Origin: Geosiphon pyriformis uo1
Lineage: Eukaryota > Fungi > Glomeromycota
Direction of reading: 5' to 3'
NCBI GenBank assembly: GCA_016748015.1
Contig: JAAOMT010000231.1
Span: 261,683 to 325,682 of the forward strand
DNA length: 64,000 bases
The notes below the pieces were generated by a model, which saw nothing but the letters and a program-made list of their open reading frames with translations, was not told where the DNA came from and did no database searches. Shown here piece by piece: positions 1-10,830 of the stretch (position 1 is its first letter; the number at the start of each line of letters is the position of its first letter). The position numbers and the translations under genes are program-made.

Positions 1-1737
1 ACATTAATATCTTAAAACAAAAATTAAATTATTTTTATCTTAAATTTTATACTTATTTTTATAAATTTTAAAATTATGTTTAATAGTTAAGAAAATTTTA
101 AGAAAAAACCATTAAAAAATTTATTATTAATTAAATAAAATAATCATAAAATAACATATTAAGAATTAAAATTTGAATAATATAGAATTTTATAGTTTTT
201 TATATTATATATATTTTTGCTATAAAATAAAAAAATTGCTGTCTTTGATTGCTTAGATTTTTTTATTTAAGTAGATTTTTAGATATTCAAAAGTTTTTAC
301 ATAATTTATAAATAGATGTTTTTAATATTTACACAAATAATTTTTTAAAGTATTTAAATATTACTGAAGTTATTAGTAATATAACAGCTTATTTTTTTGA
401 TATTGAAATGAATATAAGAGTTGAAATACATGATTTGCTGTCTTTTATAATAACAAAACTACAAATAATTGTTCTGACATTAAAATATATTCCTATATTA
501 TGTTTAATAGTTGTATATATAGACAACTAAACAATATTAGATAGATATATTTTAGAATTTAAGCTTTATATACCAGATTTTTGAAACAAGTACTAAGTTA
601 AAAAATATTAGATTATTGATTTAATAAGATCTAATGACATTTTTGTTAAATAAATAAAGATTAAAAATTATTTAGATAATATTGATAATAATAGAGCCAA
701 CATTTTTACATATAATACAATGTATTTTGGTTGTGCTTTTTTGAAAGAATTTATAAAAAGTTCATTCAGATTAATAATTAAATTATATTAAAAAATACTT
801 GTTACTTTGTTTAAGATATTTATTAAATTGTTTATTATGTTTAATAAAAAGCTGATTTAAGTACAAAAATTATGAATAAATCAATGATCAAAGACATAAA
901 CTAAAATAGTACTACTGTAATATAATATTCAGATTCTTATATATTATTAAGATTTACAAGTAAGATTTTTATATATATTTAATAAAAACAGCTTATAAAA
1001 AACTGCCAACTGCTATTAAAAAAGGACTTTATAATAGAGATTATTTAAATATATTGTATTTATTATGTAATAATATTAAACTACCTAATTATGTTTTTAC
1101 TTATTTAAAAAAAGCTATTATATATTCTGAAATTTTGTTAAATTATGTGAATTTGTGAAAGTTTTTGATAAATAACTGTTCTTTGTCATTATTTTTGGTA
1201 GCATATATGTTTTTTTCTGGAATTTCAGATATTAATATTTATGTAATTCTATGTAAAAGTTTTGTTTCAAAGATTAGATTAATAAAGTGGTTTCAAATTT
1301 TAATAATAAAAAGAAAATAGTATTAGTAGTAATTGATTTTGTTTACTATTTAGCTAAAAAACATTATAACAAGCTTTAATTATTTAGGACAAAATTCAGG
1401 ATAAATATAGAAAAAAGTGATTTAGTGAATAATATTAGAATGATTTCTGTAATTTAAGTAAAGTATCAAATTTTTGTTTGTTAAAGTTGTATGTTTACTT
1501 GGTATTGTTAAGTTTTTTGCTATTGGTTTTGGTTTACTCTTTTTTTTCAAGTATTAATAATAAAATAAGAGTTTATATAAGTATATAGTATTGTTCTAAT
1601 TGGTTTAAATAGCTGGTTATATGTAGTAAGTATAGAATCATGTTTAATTAGTCTTACTTAGTTTGTTTCTGTATGCTAAATAATAGTTAGGCTGTACTCA
1701 TTAATAATAACAATAATAATAATAATAATAATAATAA
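1..1737 (+). mobile_element. Hypermutated 3' relic of a LINE (RNase H and C-terminal Cys-finger region) with a (TAA)n tail
   Basis: ~325-500 reads as a G/C-depleted version of the RNase H at 27840-28020 (atatttacacaaat... ~ VYTD; ttgctgtcttttataataacaaaactacaa ~ LLSSTxAELQ). ~1003-1105 matches the RLPxAx(R)KxxY...CxxC...DHxF region. Ends with 'gttaggctgtactcat' followed by (TAA)n, the same 3' motif as 29225-29246. Confidence 0.75.
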
Positions 1738-2102
1738 ATTAGTACTATAATAACATAAATCTGTTTTTTAACTAATTATACAAAAAAAATTATTATTTTT
1801 CAAGTTAATATTAATAAAAAACTTGTTTTTAAAAATTTAAAATAGTTTAAACTAAAATTATTTTATTTAAAAATTAGGTTTAATAATTAATTAAAAAAAC
1901 TTTACTTTAATTTATAATTAACAATTTTTATTAAAAAACTATAATAAAACTATATTATTTAATATATATATATTATATAATAAAAAACTTCTTTCTCTCT
2001 TACCTTTACAAATCCCCAAAAAGTGCATTTTCTGAAAAAAAAGTTTTTTGTTTTTTTTTAGTCTATATCAATATTTCTTTACCTAATAGTAACCCATTTT
2101 TT

Positions 2103-3982
2103 GTGGATATAAAAGCTACTGCTAGTAGCACCACACCTAAGAAGAAGGCTCCTAAGGGTGCTTTTCATGGTCCTGCTGGTGACTTTTTTTTTCAGAAAAA
2201 AAAAGTTGTTCTTAGTAATGTAAAACATTCTGATGATAAAAGAGATATATCCTTGAGCAAAGCTGGATCTAGTGACAGTGTTTATTCTAATGTGAAGAGT
2301 CTATCTGGTAAGGATAAAGATGTTAGCATGTCTGGAACAAATGGTGAATCTCTTTTGGGTTCAGTTATTACTATACCCAAAGCAAAGTGAGTCAACACTG
2401 GTGCTGGTTTTGGTTCTTTATTCGGCTCTCCTAATTTTCATATGGATGATGATGAAGTTGTGCTCCTTTCTCACTTGCCTATCTCTTTAGAAAAAAAGTG
2501 AATTAACCCTAAAATTATCAAGACTCCTGTGGAAGTATTAATTAGAAAGTTATTTGCTTTGGATATTAATCTCTCAGCTATAGAAGGTAAATTGGCAATG
2601 ACAAAGACTCAGTTAATTAGAAAATTTTTTTCAACAGTCAATGGTTTTGGGGAGGCCACTACTCCCTCAAAATTTGAAGGGATTATCTGATCAACATTTA
2701 CATCAGAAAAAAGCATGGAGATGGCCACATCATTGGCCAGGGAAAAAGAGATCGATGTAAACAGCAATCTTAAGAAACAAGGAATGAGGTCAGATCAGAC
2801 TGTGGTAATTAAGAAAATTCTCATAGACACATCTAAGGACATAATTGTTGCCGCAGTATCCAAATTTGGGGAAATTAAGTCAATCAAAATTCAACTAATG
2901 GGAATGTGACAAAAAACTGTAGTGGAGTTTGCTGAATCAGACCAAGCTAATTTATTGGCCTCAAAATGGTCATTCCTGATTGGTAAAGACTCTGTGTGCA
3001 TAGCCAAAGCAGTAGAAGATCATGAGACCTGGGTGTTAAGGGATCAGTTCAAAGTGCTGTTGTTTATTCTGCTGGTAGAAATGACAGCACATGATCTTGG
3101 GACTCTTCTGAAAAAGGCTGGTGGGAAAACTTGTATCATAAACAGATCTCTGGGAACTGGTAATAGAATTTGCTGTGCAGTAGTTGGTTTTGAATTTGAT
3201 AATGATCTGAAATTTGTCTTTTGCACAGAGCTGATTCTTGGCAGTATTAGACTTTCTTGGACAAGGATGGATCTAGTTCAGTGTAAGAGATATGAGAAAT
3301 TTGGTCATTCTGCTCTGGAATGTAATGCACCTGTTGCAACCATCTCTAAGTCTTTAAAAAAACCATTTATAAGAGTTGTATCTAATGAACGTTGTCTTCA
3401 ATTGGTTAAATTGTATAAGAAAAAGAGTGTTCCAATATCTCACCCTGCTGTTTTTGGTAGTAAGTCTTGGGCCCAGATGGTCTCACTTGTTGGTTCTTTT
3501 AATGGTTTTCACTTTGCTTCTGGTTCCAGTTCCTCTCTTTCTGGCACCTCAGGCTTGAATAACGGTATCCCTTCCATCTCAGTTAACAATTCATCTTTGG
3601 ATGCTCATTTGGTCTCTTTGGAACAATCCTTAGAATTATTAACTGACCAAGTCTCTGACATCATGTAAAAACTCAGCAACATGGAATTGGTGCCGCAAGC
3701 TTCAACTTCCCCCCTAAAGTCTCAGCTACTTTGATTGCTACCAAAGAGGATTTGATTGTGGATATTGTTATAGATAATTCTGGGTTGGTACTATCATCCT
3801 CCTCCTCTGCTTCTCCTAGTATCTCAACATTGGGTCTAAGTAGTTCAAAGGTCTTAACTACCAAGATTGGCTGTTTGGAATCTAAGTTGGTGGCTCTTGA
3901 GGCCTCTATTGGTTCTGTTTTGGCGAAATTAAAGCTGATCTGTGCTGATTTGAGTTTATTGGCCTTTTTTTCTTCTCAATGA
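2103..3982 (+). pseudogene. LINE ORF1 (gag-like; RRM-like segment and CCHC knuckle), disrupted
   Basis: ORF fragments 2103, 2715 and 2922 are in one frame, with a frameshift before 3731. RRM-like VVIKKI...FGEIKSIKIQL...VVEF; degenerate knuckle CKRYEKFGHSALEC; heptad-like LESKLVALEASI at the C-terminus. Confidence 0.8.
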
Positions 3983-4705
3983 GTGATTTGATCTAGAAGA
4001 TAGCTACCTGTAATGTTCAGAGTATTAATGTCCCTGCCAAGCAGAAGGATGTTGTTTATTGACATAAAAAATCTGGTAATATGGTTTCTATTATCATGGA
4101 AACAAAGTTGAGGTCTAATATTAGGCCATGGATAGCCAATAAGTTTGATGGAGTAAGAATATTCTCGACAGGCTTGGATAAGAGCTTTTTTGGTGCTGGA
4201 GTAGCAATAATCATGGACAATAATCTGGCTTGTTATGTGTGCAAAATTGAGAAAATTCCAGATTGGGTTATTCTAGTGCAGCTCTTGTTTAAAGACAAGC
4301 TTTTAGTTTTGATTTTGGGTCTATATGCTAGTGCTTCAGTTAGAGCTAAATTCAGTCAAGCCCTGGAGATTAATGCATTTATTGCTAAGGCTGTCAACTC
4401 TAGTTCTTTCTTGGTTATTGGTGGGAATTTTAATAAAAATAATTTAAGAAAAAGTGCATGTTTCAGGTTCTGTTCAGATTTGGGTTTGGTTAACTCACTT
4501 AGTGGATCTTCTTTGGTCAAGGCTCTCACATGGAGCAATTCTAAAAGAGTTGAGAAGACCATAGACTTTGTTTTGTTAGAGCAAGTTTGGCTTCTGCAGT
4601 CACTGGACATGCTGTTAGTTCTGCTTCAGAATTTTTTAAGTCTGATCATAAGGTAGTCTTGGTCTTAGTTGGTTTGGGTGGCCTTGTAGATGTCAATTTG
4701 AATGG
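3979..4705 (+). pseudogene. LINE ORF2 part 1: apurinic-type (APE) endonuclease
   Basis: ATG at 3979 overlaps the ORF1 TGA (ATGA). Motifs IATCNVQSIN, ETKL, GVAII, IGGNFN, TW...TIDFV, SDH. Confidence 0.88.
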
Positions 4706-5477
4706 TGTTACAGGGGATTATTTCTGTTGTTGAAATAAATAACAACCTGTAACTTGGTGCTTGTGAAGCTACTTCCGTTGATAAGGTTCTGCGAGTATTG
4801 TATCTGAAAATTTTGATGGAGTCCTTTGTATAATGAACAGAGATTCAATAGTTGTTTTATCCGTAGCTTCCCAGATTCGCAAGTCTGTTAATTTTTTTCT
4901 CAGCTTGGTGGCCGGCAATCCTCTGGTAAGTAATCCGTATCTTCTGTACGTGTTTTACCCTTTTACAGGGGTCTTTTACCAGGCAATCCTTGATGTCAGT
5001 AATCAGTGCTTTTCAATTGATGGGTTAGTGCACAATAATAACTCAAAATAAAATAAAGAAAAATAAGAGAAAATAAAGAAAGAAAAGAAATAAGCCAAGG
5101 TGATTTGAAGATTAGTATTCCATCAATAGCCATGATCAAGAGCTATTGTTCCAGTGTGGTTAAGTATCACTTATTATCAACATGAAGTGTTGATAGTGGA
5201 GAGTAAATTGAGATATAGAATAATTATTTATTTGATGATTTTTGTTTCTAGGCTAAGAATTCTGTGGTATTGATTCTGTCTTTTCTGTTTCTAATACTAC
5301 TGCTATATATACATAATTGAGATTCCTCAATTTCTTGATTTTTCATGACAGGAATCCTAGAATTCCTGGAATCTTGCGATTTCTTTGAGAGAAATCCTGA
5401 AATTCTACATTTACTATGCTTACTTCTGATTGGCTAATAATTATGCTAATATATTTCCTATATTTCTATGAGTAACA
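4706..5477 (-). repeat. 3' LTR of element A (772 bp)
   Basis: Direct repeat of 14989-15760. Confidence 0.95.
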
Positions 5478-5494
5478 TTATTTTTTCCTTTTAA
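5478..5494 (-). promoter_or_regulatory. Polypurine tract of A (decayed by G>A)
   Basis: Minus strand reads AAAAGGAAAAAATAA immediately before the 3' LTR. Confidence 0.7.
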
Positions 5495-6141
5495 TATTGA
5501 GCTCCGTCAAAATCCAACTCATGTAATTCCCTCTCTTGAAGTATTTTTTGGATTTTGTTTTCGAGAATTACTTGTGTTATTTGGGTCTGTACTTCTTCAA
5601 ATTGAGTATTGATGATTTTTCCCAATTGATTACTGGTGACCATATCCATTGCTTTGTTGAGCAATATTTCTGGTTTATCCTAAAATGCTGTGTGTATTTG
5701 GTATATGGCTTGGGCTTGTGTGGATAAGTTGTTCTTTTCCACAAAATGTTCTAATTGTTGTAGTATTCTTTTGTCAAATAATCGCTTTGTTTTATCTGTA
5801 TATAGATTCTGGATATTTATGTGTTGTCCCAAGTAAAAATAACAATAGTTTCTTGGAAATTGTTGTATTCACCAATTCCAAGTTTTTTTAGTCAACTCTT
5901 GATATAGTGACTCTTTTGTCAATTCTTTTATTGCTAATTTTACTTTCGTCATAATTTTGTCTACCGTATCTTCAGTTTTTTTTGGTGTTCTGAGTTGCAA
6001 TGTCTTTTTAGTATCTTGATATCAAATGGTTTGTTGGTTGATTGTAATCTCTATTTTCTGGTGTTGAATTAATTAAAAGAGTTGTTGTGCTAGTGTGTAA
6101 ATGTTGTCTGTAATTTCCATTTTTCTGATATTTTCTGTCAT
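5491..6141 (-). pseudogene. ORF3 of element A (216 aa, unknown helical protein between IN and the PPT)
   Basis: Single frame from ATG 6141 to TAA 5491. Its four internal stops (TAA, TGA, TGA, TAG) are each one C>T away from Gln or Arg codons. Similar to ORF3 of B. Confidence 0.75.
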
Positions 6142-6237
6142 GTCTACTATGTCTTTATATATTCTTTTGATTGATCAATTTAATGTGTTGTTGTTAATAA
6201 TAACTATTGGTTCCAGATCTCATGGAATCTCATCTGG

Positions 6238-7545
6238 TCAGACTAGTATTCTCTGTACTCCTAATTGTGAAATATTACTAGTAGATGGTAGTGTGATGTC
6301 ACGATATGGCTTTAGTTGATCTCTATGTGCTGCTTTGGTTAAAATTTTGTTATCCAATCTTAATTTGTAAGCTCCATTTCCTAGAATTTCTTCTATGTAA
6401 AATGGTCCATCCCATTTGGAGTCAAATTTTTTACTCCATTGTTTTTCCGGTTTGGTACGATATAGTAATACTTTGTCTCTAATCTTGAATTCAACTGGTT
6501 TGTCTGGTAGTTGACTATCATGTCTTTCTTGTGACTTTTGAATATTATTAGCTGCTTTTCTTCGTTTGTTTTCCAATGTTTCCATTAAGTTATATGTTCT
6601 TCTCAGCAATGTTTCTTGAAAATTTTCTTCTGTTATTGGTTTAGCTGGATATGTATTAATTTCTCTCTCTACTGATAATGTTGCTGTTCTCCCATATACT
6701 AATTCAAATGGTGTTGCTTGTGTAGTATCTTGTTTTATTGTCCGATAAACAAATAGTACTGATGATATGAACAAATTCCAATTGTTCTGGTTTTCTTGGC
6801 TGAGCTTAGCTATTGTTTCACACAGTGTTCTATTGAATCTTTCTACTAATCCGTTGGTTTGTGGATGGTATGATGATGATAATGGTCTCTTAATTCCAAA
6901 TCTTTGGCTCAATTCTGTTAATGTTTTGTTCACAAAATAAGTTCCTTGGTCTGATAATAATTCTTTTGGACATCTATGTTGACAAATCAAATCTTGATAA
7001 ACGAATTTGGCAACGGATTCTGCATCCGCTCTTTGAATTGCTTTTGCCTCTGACCATTTAGTGAGATAATTCATAGCTACCACTATGTATCTGTTTCCTC
7101 TGCTGGTAATTGTTAATGGTCTAACTAAATTAATTCCAATACGGTCAAATGGTTGTTCCACTTTGATTGGTCTTAATGGTTCACTGGGTCTTGTTCCTTC
7201 TCTTCGCTGACAAACATCACAATTTTGAACATATTGAATAATGTCTGGGTACATTGATGGCCAATAATATCTCTTTCTGGTTTTTTCTATGATTGCTTCT
7301 TTGTAAAAATGTCCTGTTGTTGGATTTGAGTGCATGTTGAATAATATTGTCTTTTTTTCTGGCTCCGTAATTACTCTGGTTGGTTGATCTGGATCCCTTC
7401 TATTTTTCCGATAAAGTATATTTTGGTAAGTGATAAAATATTTTGATTGTTGTTTGATACTCTTTTGTTCCGTTTGAGATAAATTCTTCTTAAACTGTTG
7501 AGTGTTTATATAATATTGCAATTGTTGATATTTTTGTATGTTCAT
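6238..7545 (-). CDS. Integrase of element A (HHCC, DDE core, GPY/F; no chromodomain); first catalytic Asp is now Asn
   Basis: HSNPTTGH...CDVCQ; GINL, LSDQG, YHPQTNGLVERFN; WDGPFYI. Confidence 0.9.
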   Translation of the reverse strand: MNIQKYQQLQYYINTQQFKKNLSQTEQKSIKQQSKYFITYQNILYRKNRRDPDQPTRVITEPEKKTILFNMHSNPTTGHFYKEAIIEKTRKRYYWPSMYPDIIQYVQNCDVCQRREGTRPSEPLRPIKVEQPFDRIGINLVRPLTITSRGNRYIVVAMNYLTKWSEAKAIQRADAESVAKFVYQDLICQHRCPKELLSDQGTYFVNKTLTELSQRFGIKRPLSSSYHPQTNGLVERFNRTLCETIAKLSQENQNNWNLFISSVLFVYRTIKQDTTQATPFELVYGRTATLSVEREINTYPAKPITEENFQETLLRRTYNLMETLENKRRKAANNIQKSQERHDSQLPDKPVEFKIRDKVLLYRTKPEKQWSKKFDSKWDGPFYIEEILGNGAYKLRLDNKILTKAAHRDQLKPYRDITLPSTSNISQLGVQRILV

Positions 7546-8741
7546 CTTTTATTGTATTTTTCTGTTGGTATTGTTCTGGTTTTGTTATATTTTTGGGTTG
7601 AAATGTTCTTAGATTTGTTTTATTCACAATAAACCATCTGCATCTCCGTTGTCTTTTCCTTTTTTATAATGTATAGTATACTTATATGGTGCGAGTACCA
7701 TTTTCTATCTTGACTGTTTTCTATCTCCAAATTCTTGTTTTTGAAGTGATGTTAATTCTTTGTGATCTGTGTATATCTCAAACTTCTGGCTCAAATATTC
7801 TTTCCATTTCATAACTGACCAGTATATTGCTAAGTGTTCTTTTTCCAGTGTTCCATAGTTCTTTTCGGCCAGTGTTAAACCTCTGTTGGCATATGTCACT
7901 GGATGTTCTCTGCCATCTGGTCCTCTTTGAGATAGTACTGCTTCTAATGCCTGGCCGGATGCATCTATGGTGATGATAAATGGTTTGCTGTGATCTGGAT
8001 AAATCAGTACTGGAGCTTGTATAAGCTTTCTTTTTAGAATATCAAAAGCTTCTTGTTGACTTTCAGTCCATTCATATTTTGTATCTTTGTTTTGCAGTTG
8101 GTTGAGTGGCTGTGCTATTTTGGAAAAGTTCTTGATAAAATGTCGATAGTAGCTGGCGAATCTCAAGAATGATTTCAGTTCTGTCATATTGATCGGCACT
8201 GGAAAGTTCTTTACTATCTTTATTTTCTCTGGATCCGTTTTGATGCTGTCTTTGCTGACTATGTGTTCCAAGAATTTTAGTTCTGTCTTGTCGAAGAAGC
8301 ACTTTGTTGCATTTAACTTTAGTCCTATTCTTCTTAGTCTTTCGAACACTTGTTGAAGATGATGAAGATGATCATCAAATGTTTTTGAGAATACATTGGT
8401 GTTGTCCAAGTATACAACTACTGATTTCCACAATAAGCCAGTATAAACGATTTCCATTAGCCATTGGAAAGTTGCTGGAGCATTGGTTAAGCTGAATGAC
8501 ATCACTTCAAATTTGAAATTCCCTTCTCTAGTAGTAAATGCCATCTTTTTTTTGTCAGTTGGATTCATGACTACTTGCTAGTAACCACTGTCCAAATCTA
8601 ATGTTGAGAATCATTTGTTCCCACCAAAAGCATCAAATAATTCTTGTATTTGTGGAGTTAGATAACTGTCTTCACAAGTTACACCATTGAGTTTTCTGTA
8701 GTCTACACAAAACTGGATTTTTCTATTCTTCTTATAGACAA

Positions 8742-9726
8742 TGTTACCAGACGAAATTAGAGATATTATTTAGCATAAAATTATGTTATAATTCCTATCA
8801 TTAATTAGCATATATTATCGTTTCAAATAATCACTTATTACATTAGCAAAAAAATGTCCGAAATTATCATTTAATTTCTAACCCAAATTGTACACAACAC
8901 AAATGTAACCTAATTGCAATGATCAATCATGCAATACCCTGAACTATGTAACATTCAGAAGTTTGCCAAAATTTGTAGAAATTTGCCGAAATAATTGATA
9001 GTTCACCAAAATATCTAATAGTTCGCCGAAATAACTTGTAGTTTGCTGAAATGTATCTTTAGTTCAGCGAAATTGTAGAAAATAGCAAAGTTCAAGTTCA
9101 TAGAATAGTATTATAACAAGTTGTATAAAAGAAGAGCTTCTCTCTTTGAGAAAATATATCTTATTTTAGATTTATCACTTAGAACTATTCCTATACACAC
9201 AAAAAGAAATAAATATTAAATAATTTGAAAAAACCAAGTTCTTTAATTATTGCACTTGGAAAATTTCCAAAACCCAATTAATATTTCGAAATTGATTAGC
9301 TACCAATTTCAGTAAACTGTTAGTGACTCCAGGCCTGGATAGAAAACGTTTCCCCTGATAAAATTCTATTTCTTTTACACTTCTTTTAATTTTTTTTCTT
9401 TTCTTATTACAATTATTAAGGTAGCCTACAGATGAGATTTCTGTAGAAGAGTTGACTTTCACAGCAAAGTAACTACACATTTTTAGTGAGCTTCCAGACA
9501 AGCAATTCCTGAGAAAGAGTTGACATTTATTACAACGTAACTACATAAAGCAACTGGCACGGAATTGGCCATTCCATTCATAAGCCCAGCAAGTTCAAAA
9601 TTATAAGAGATAATTTGAAGTTAAAAATTCAGTCACTGGAGGTTCAACCACACCCAGGAAACGTAAATTCACAGCAAATAAGTATTAACAACATTACAGA
9701 AAAGAGACCAAAAATCTCCGGTAACA
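8742..9726 (+). mobile_element. Solo LTR (985 bp) of the element-B family, inserted in the RT of element A
   Basis: Closely matches 17945-18925 with small indels; TGTTACCAGA...TCCGGTAACA; flanks ACAA/ATGA. Confidence 0.95.
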
Positions 9727-10429
9727 ATGAGTACCACTGGTGATGACCATGAACTTATTGATGGTTGAATTAGCTCATTGTCAAGCATTCTGTTTATTTC
9801 TTGACGAATGATTTTGTGGCTGGCTGGTGGCACTTTGTATGCTTTTTGTTTGATTGGCATTGCATCTCCAGTCTTGATCTGATGCTGGATGATATCAGTT
9901 TGGCCAAACTCATTTTTGCTGGCAAAGATGTCATTAAAATTGTTGAGTAATATCTTGAGCTGCATACATTGGAGTAGATCTAAGTTTCCTATGTTTATTT
10001 GTTCCAATTGTTTTGGTTAGAACAAATAACATTCATCTCATCTATAGATTGTTTATGATGTGATGTCAACATATCCACAAAGTTGTGGAAAGTTTGGAAT
10101 GGGGTTTGGTGGTTGGTCTTCTATTTCTGTGGTTATATATCCGATGATGGTTTCTTTTGATATGTTGATGACATTACCAGTGTTGTTGTAGATAGAAATT
10201 TTTATGCTGTTATAGCTTTTGGCTGGTATGTGGAGATTGATCAACCCAATCTCTCCTGATGCACAAAAGTTTGCTTCAGCTTCAAAAATTTGTCCTTGCT
10301 TCTTTTCTTTCCTTCCTATTGTTAGCATATACTGGCTATATGGTAGAATGAAAATAGCTTGACTGGTTGAGATAATTTCTCCTTGGCCAACAATTTCTTC
10401 CTCCGCCATATTAACTGGTACATCTATTC

Positions 10430-10830
10430 TACTTATTAATCTGAATCCCTGTATTCCTCTTGCTGTTATTCCTAATTCCTCTCTTTTTCCCACTGATACT
10501 AACTGAGCTACTCTAACCAGAGGCAGGAATATTGCCTGTGCTATTTTTTTGTTGGGCTCTATTATGTAGGCTTTTTTTGAGTCATTTTGTAGCATAGCAA
10601 TGATATTTCCTACATATCCCATGTCAATTATTTCTCCTCTTATATTGATCCCTCTTTTCGCTAAACTACTCCTAGATGCTAATTGAACCATTGTTGTTGC
10701 TAGAATTTCTAGTGCTATTTTCAGATCAATGTAGGTGCGTGAATGTGGTTCCAATTTGATGGCATCTTTTTCTGGATATCTCAGATCAAATCTTGCATCC
10801 ATATCATGCACACGTTCTGGCATAATACTC
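10430..10830 (-). pseudogene. dUTPase domain of element A
   Basis: Five trimeric-dUTPase motifs in order: ARFDL, SRSSLA, IIDMGYVGNI, KIAQAI, RGIQGF. Confidence 0.92.

Noticed and set aside
1968-1979. ATATATTATATA as the LINE TSD (also at ~29266-29277)
   Set aside because: Plausible, but low-complexity matches are expected in DNA this AT-rich, so it was not used as evidence.
4833-5051. Short ORFs inside LTRs or antisense to gag-pol (e.g. 4833, 9247, 11455, 20310)
   Set aside because: Shadow frames of TE sequence with no independent motifs.
5491-6141. ORF3 as a retroviral envelope gene
   Set aside because: No signal peptide, TM helix or furin/fusion motif is visible.
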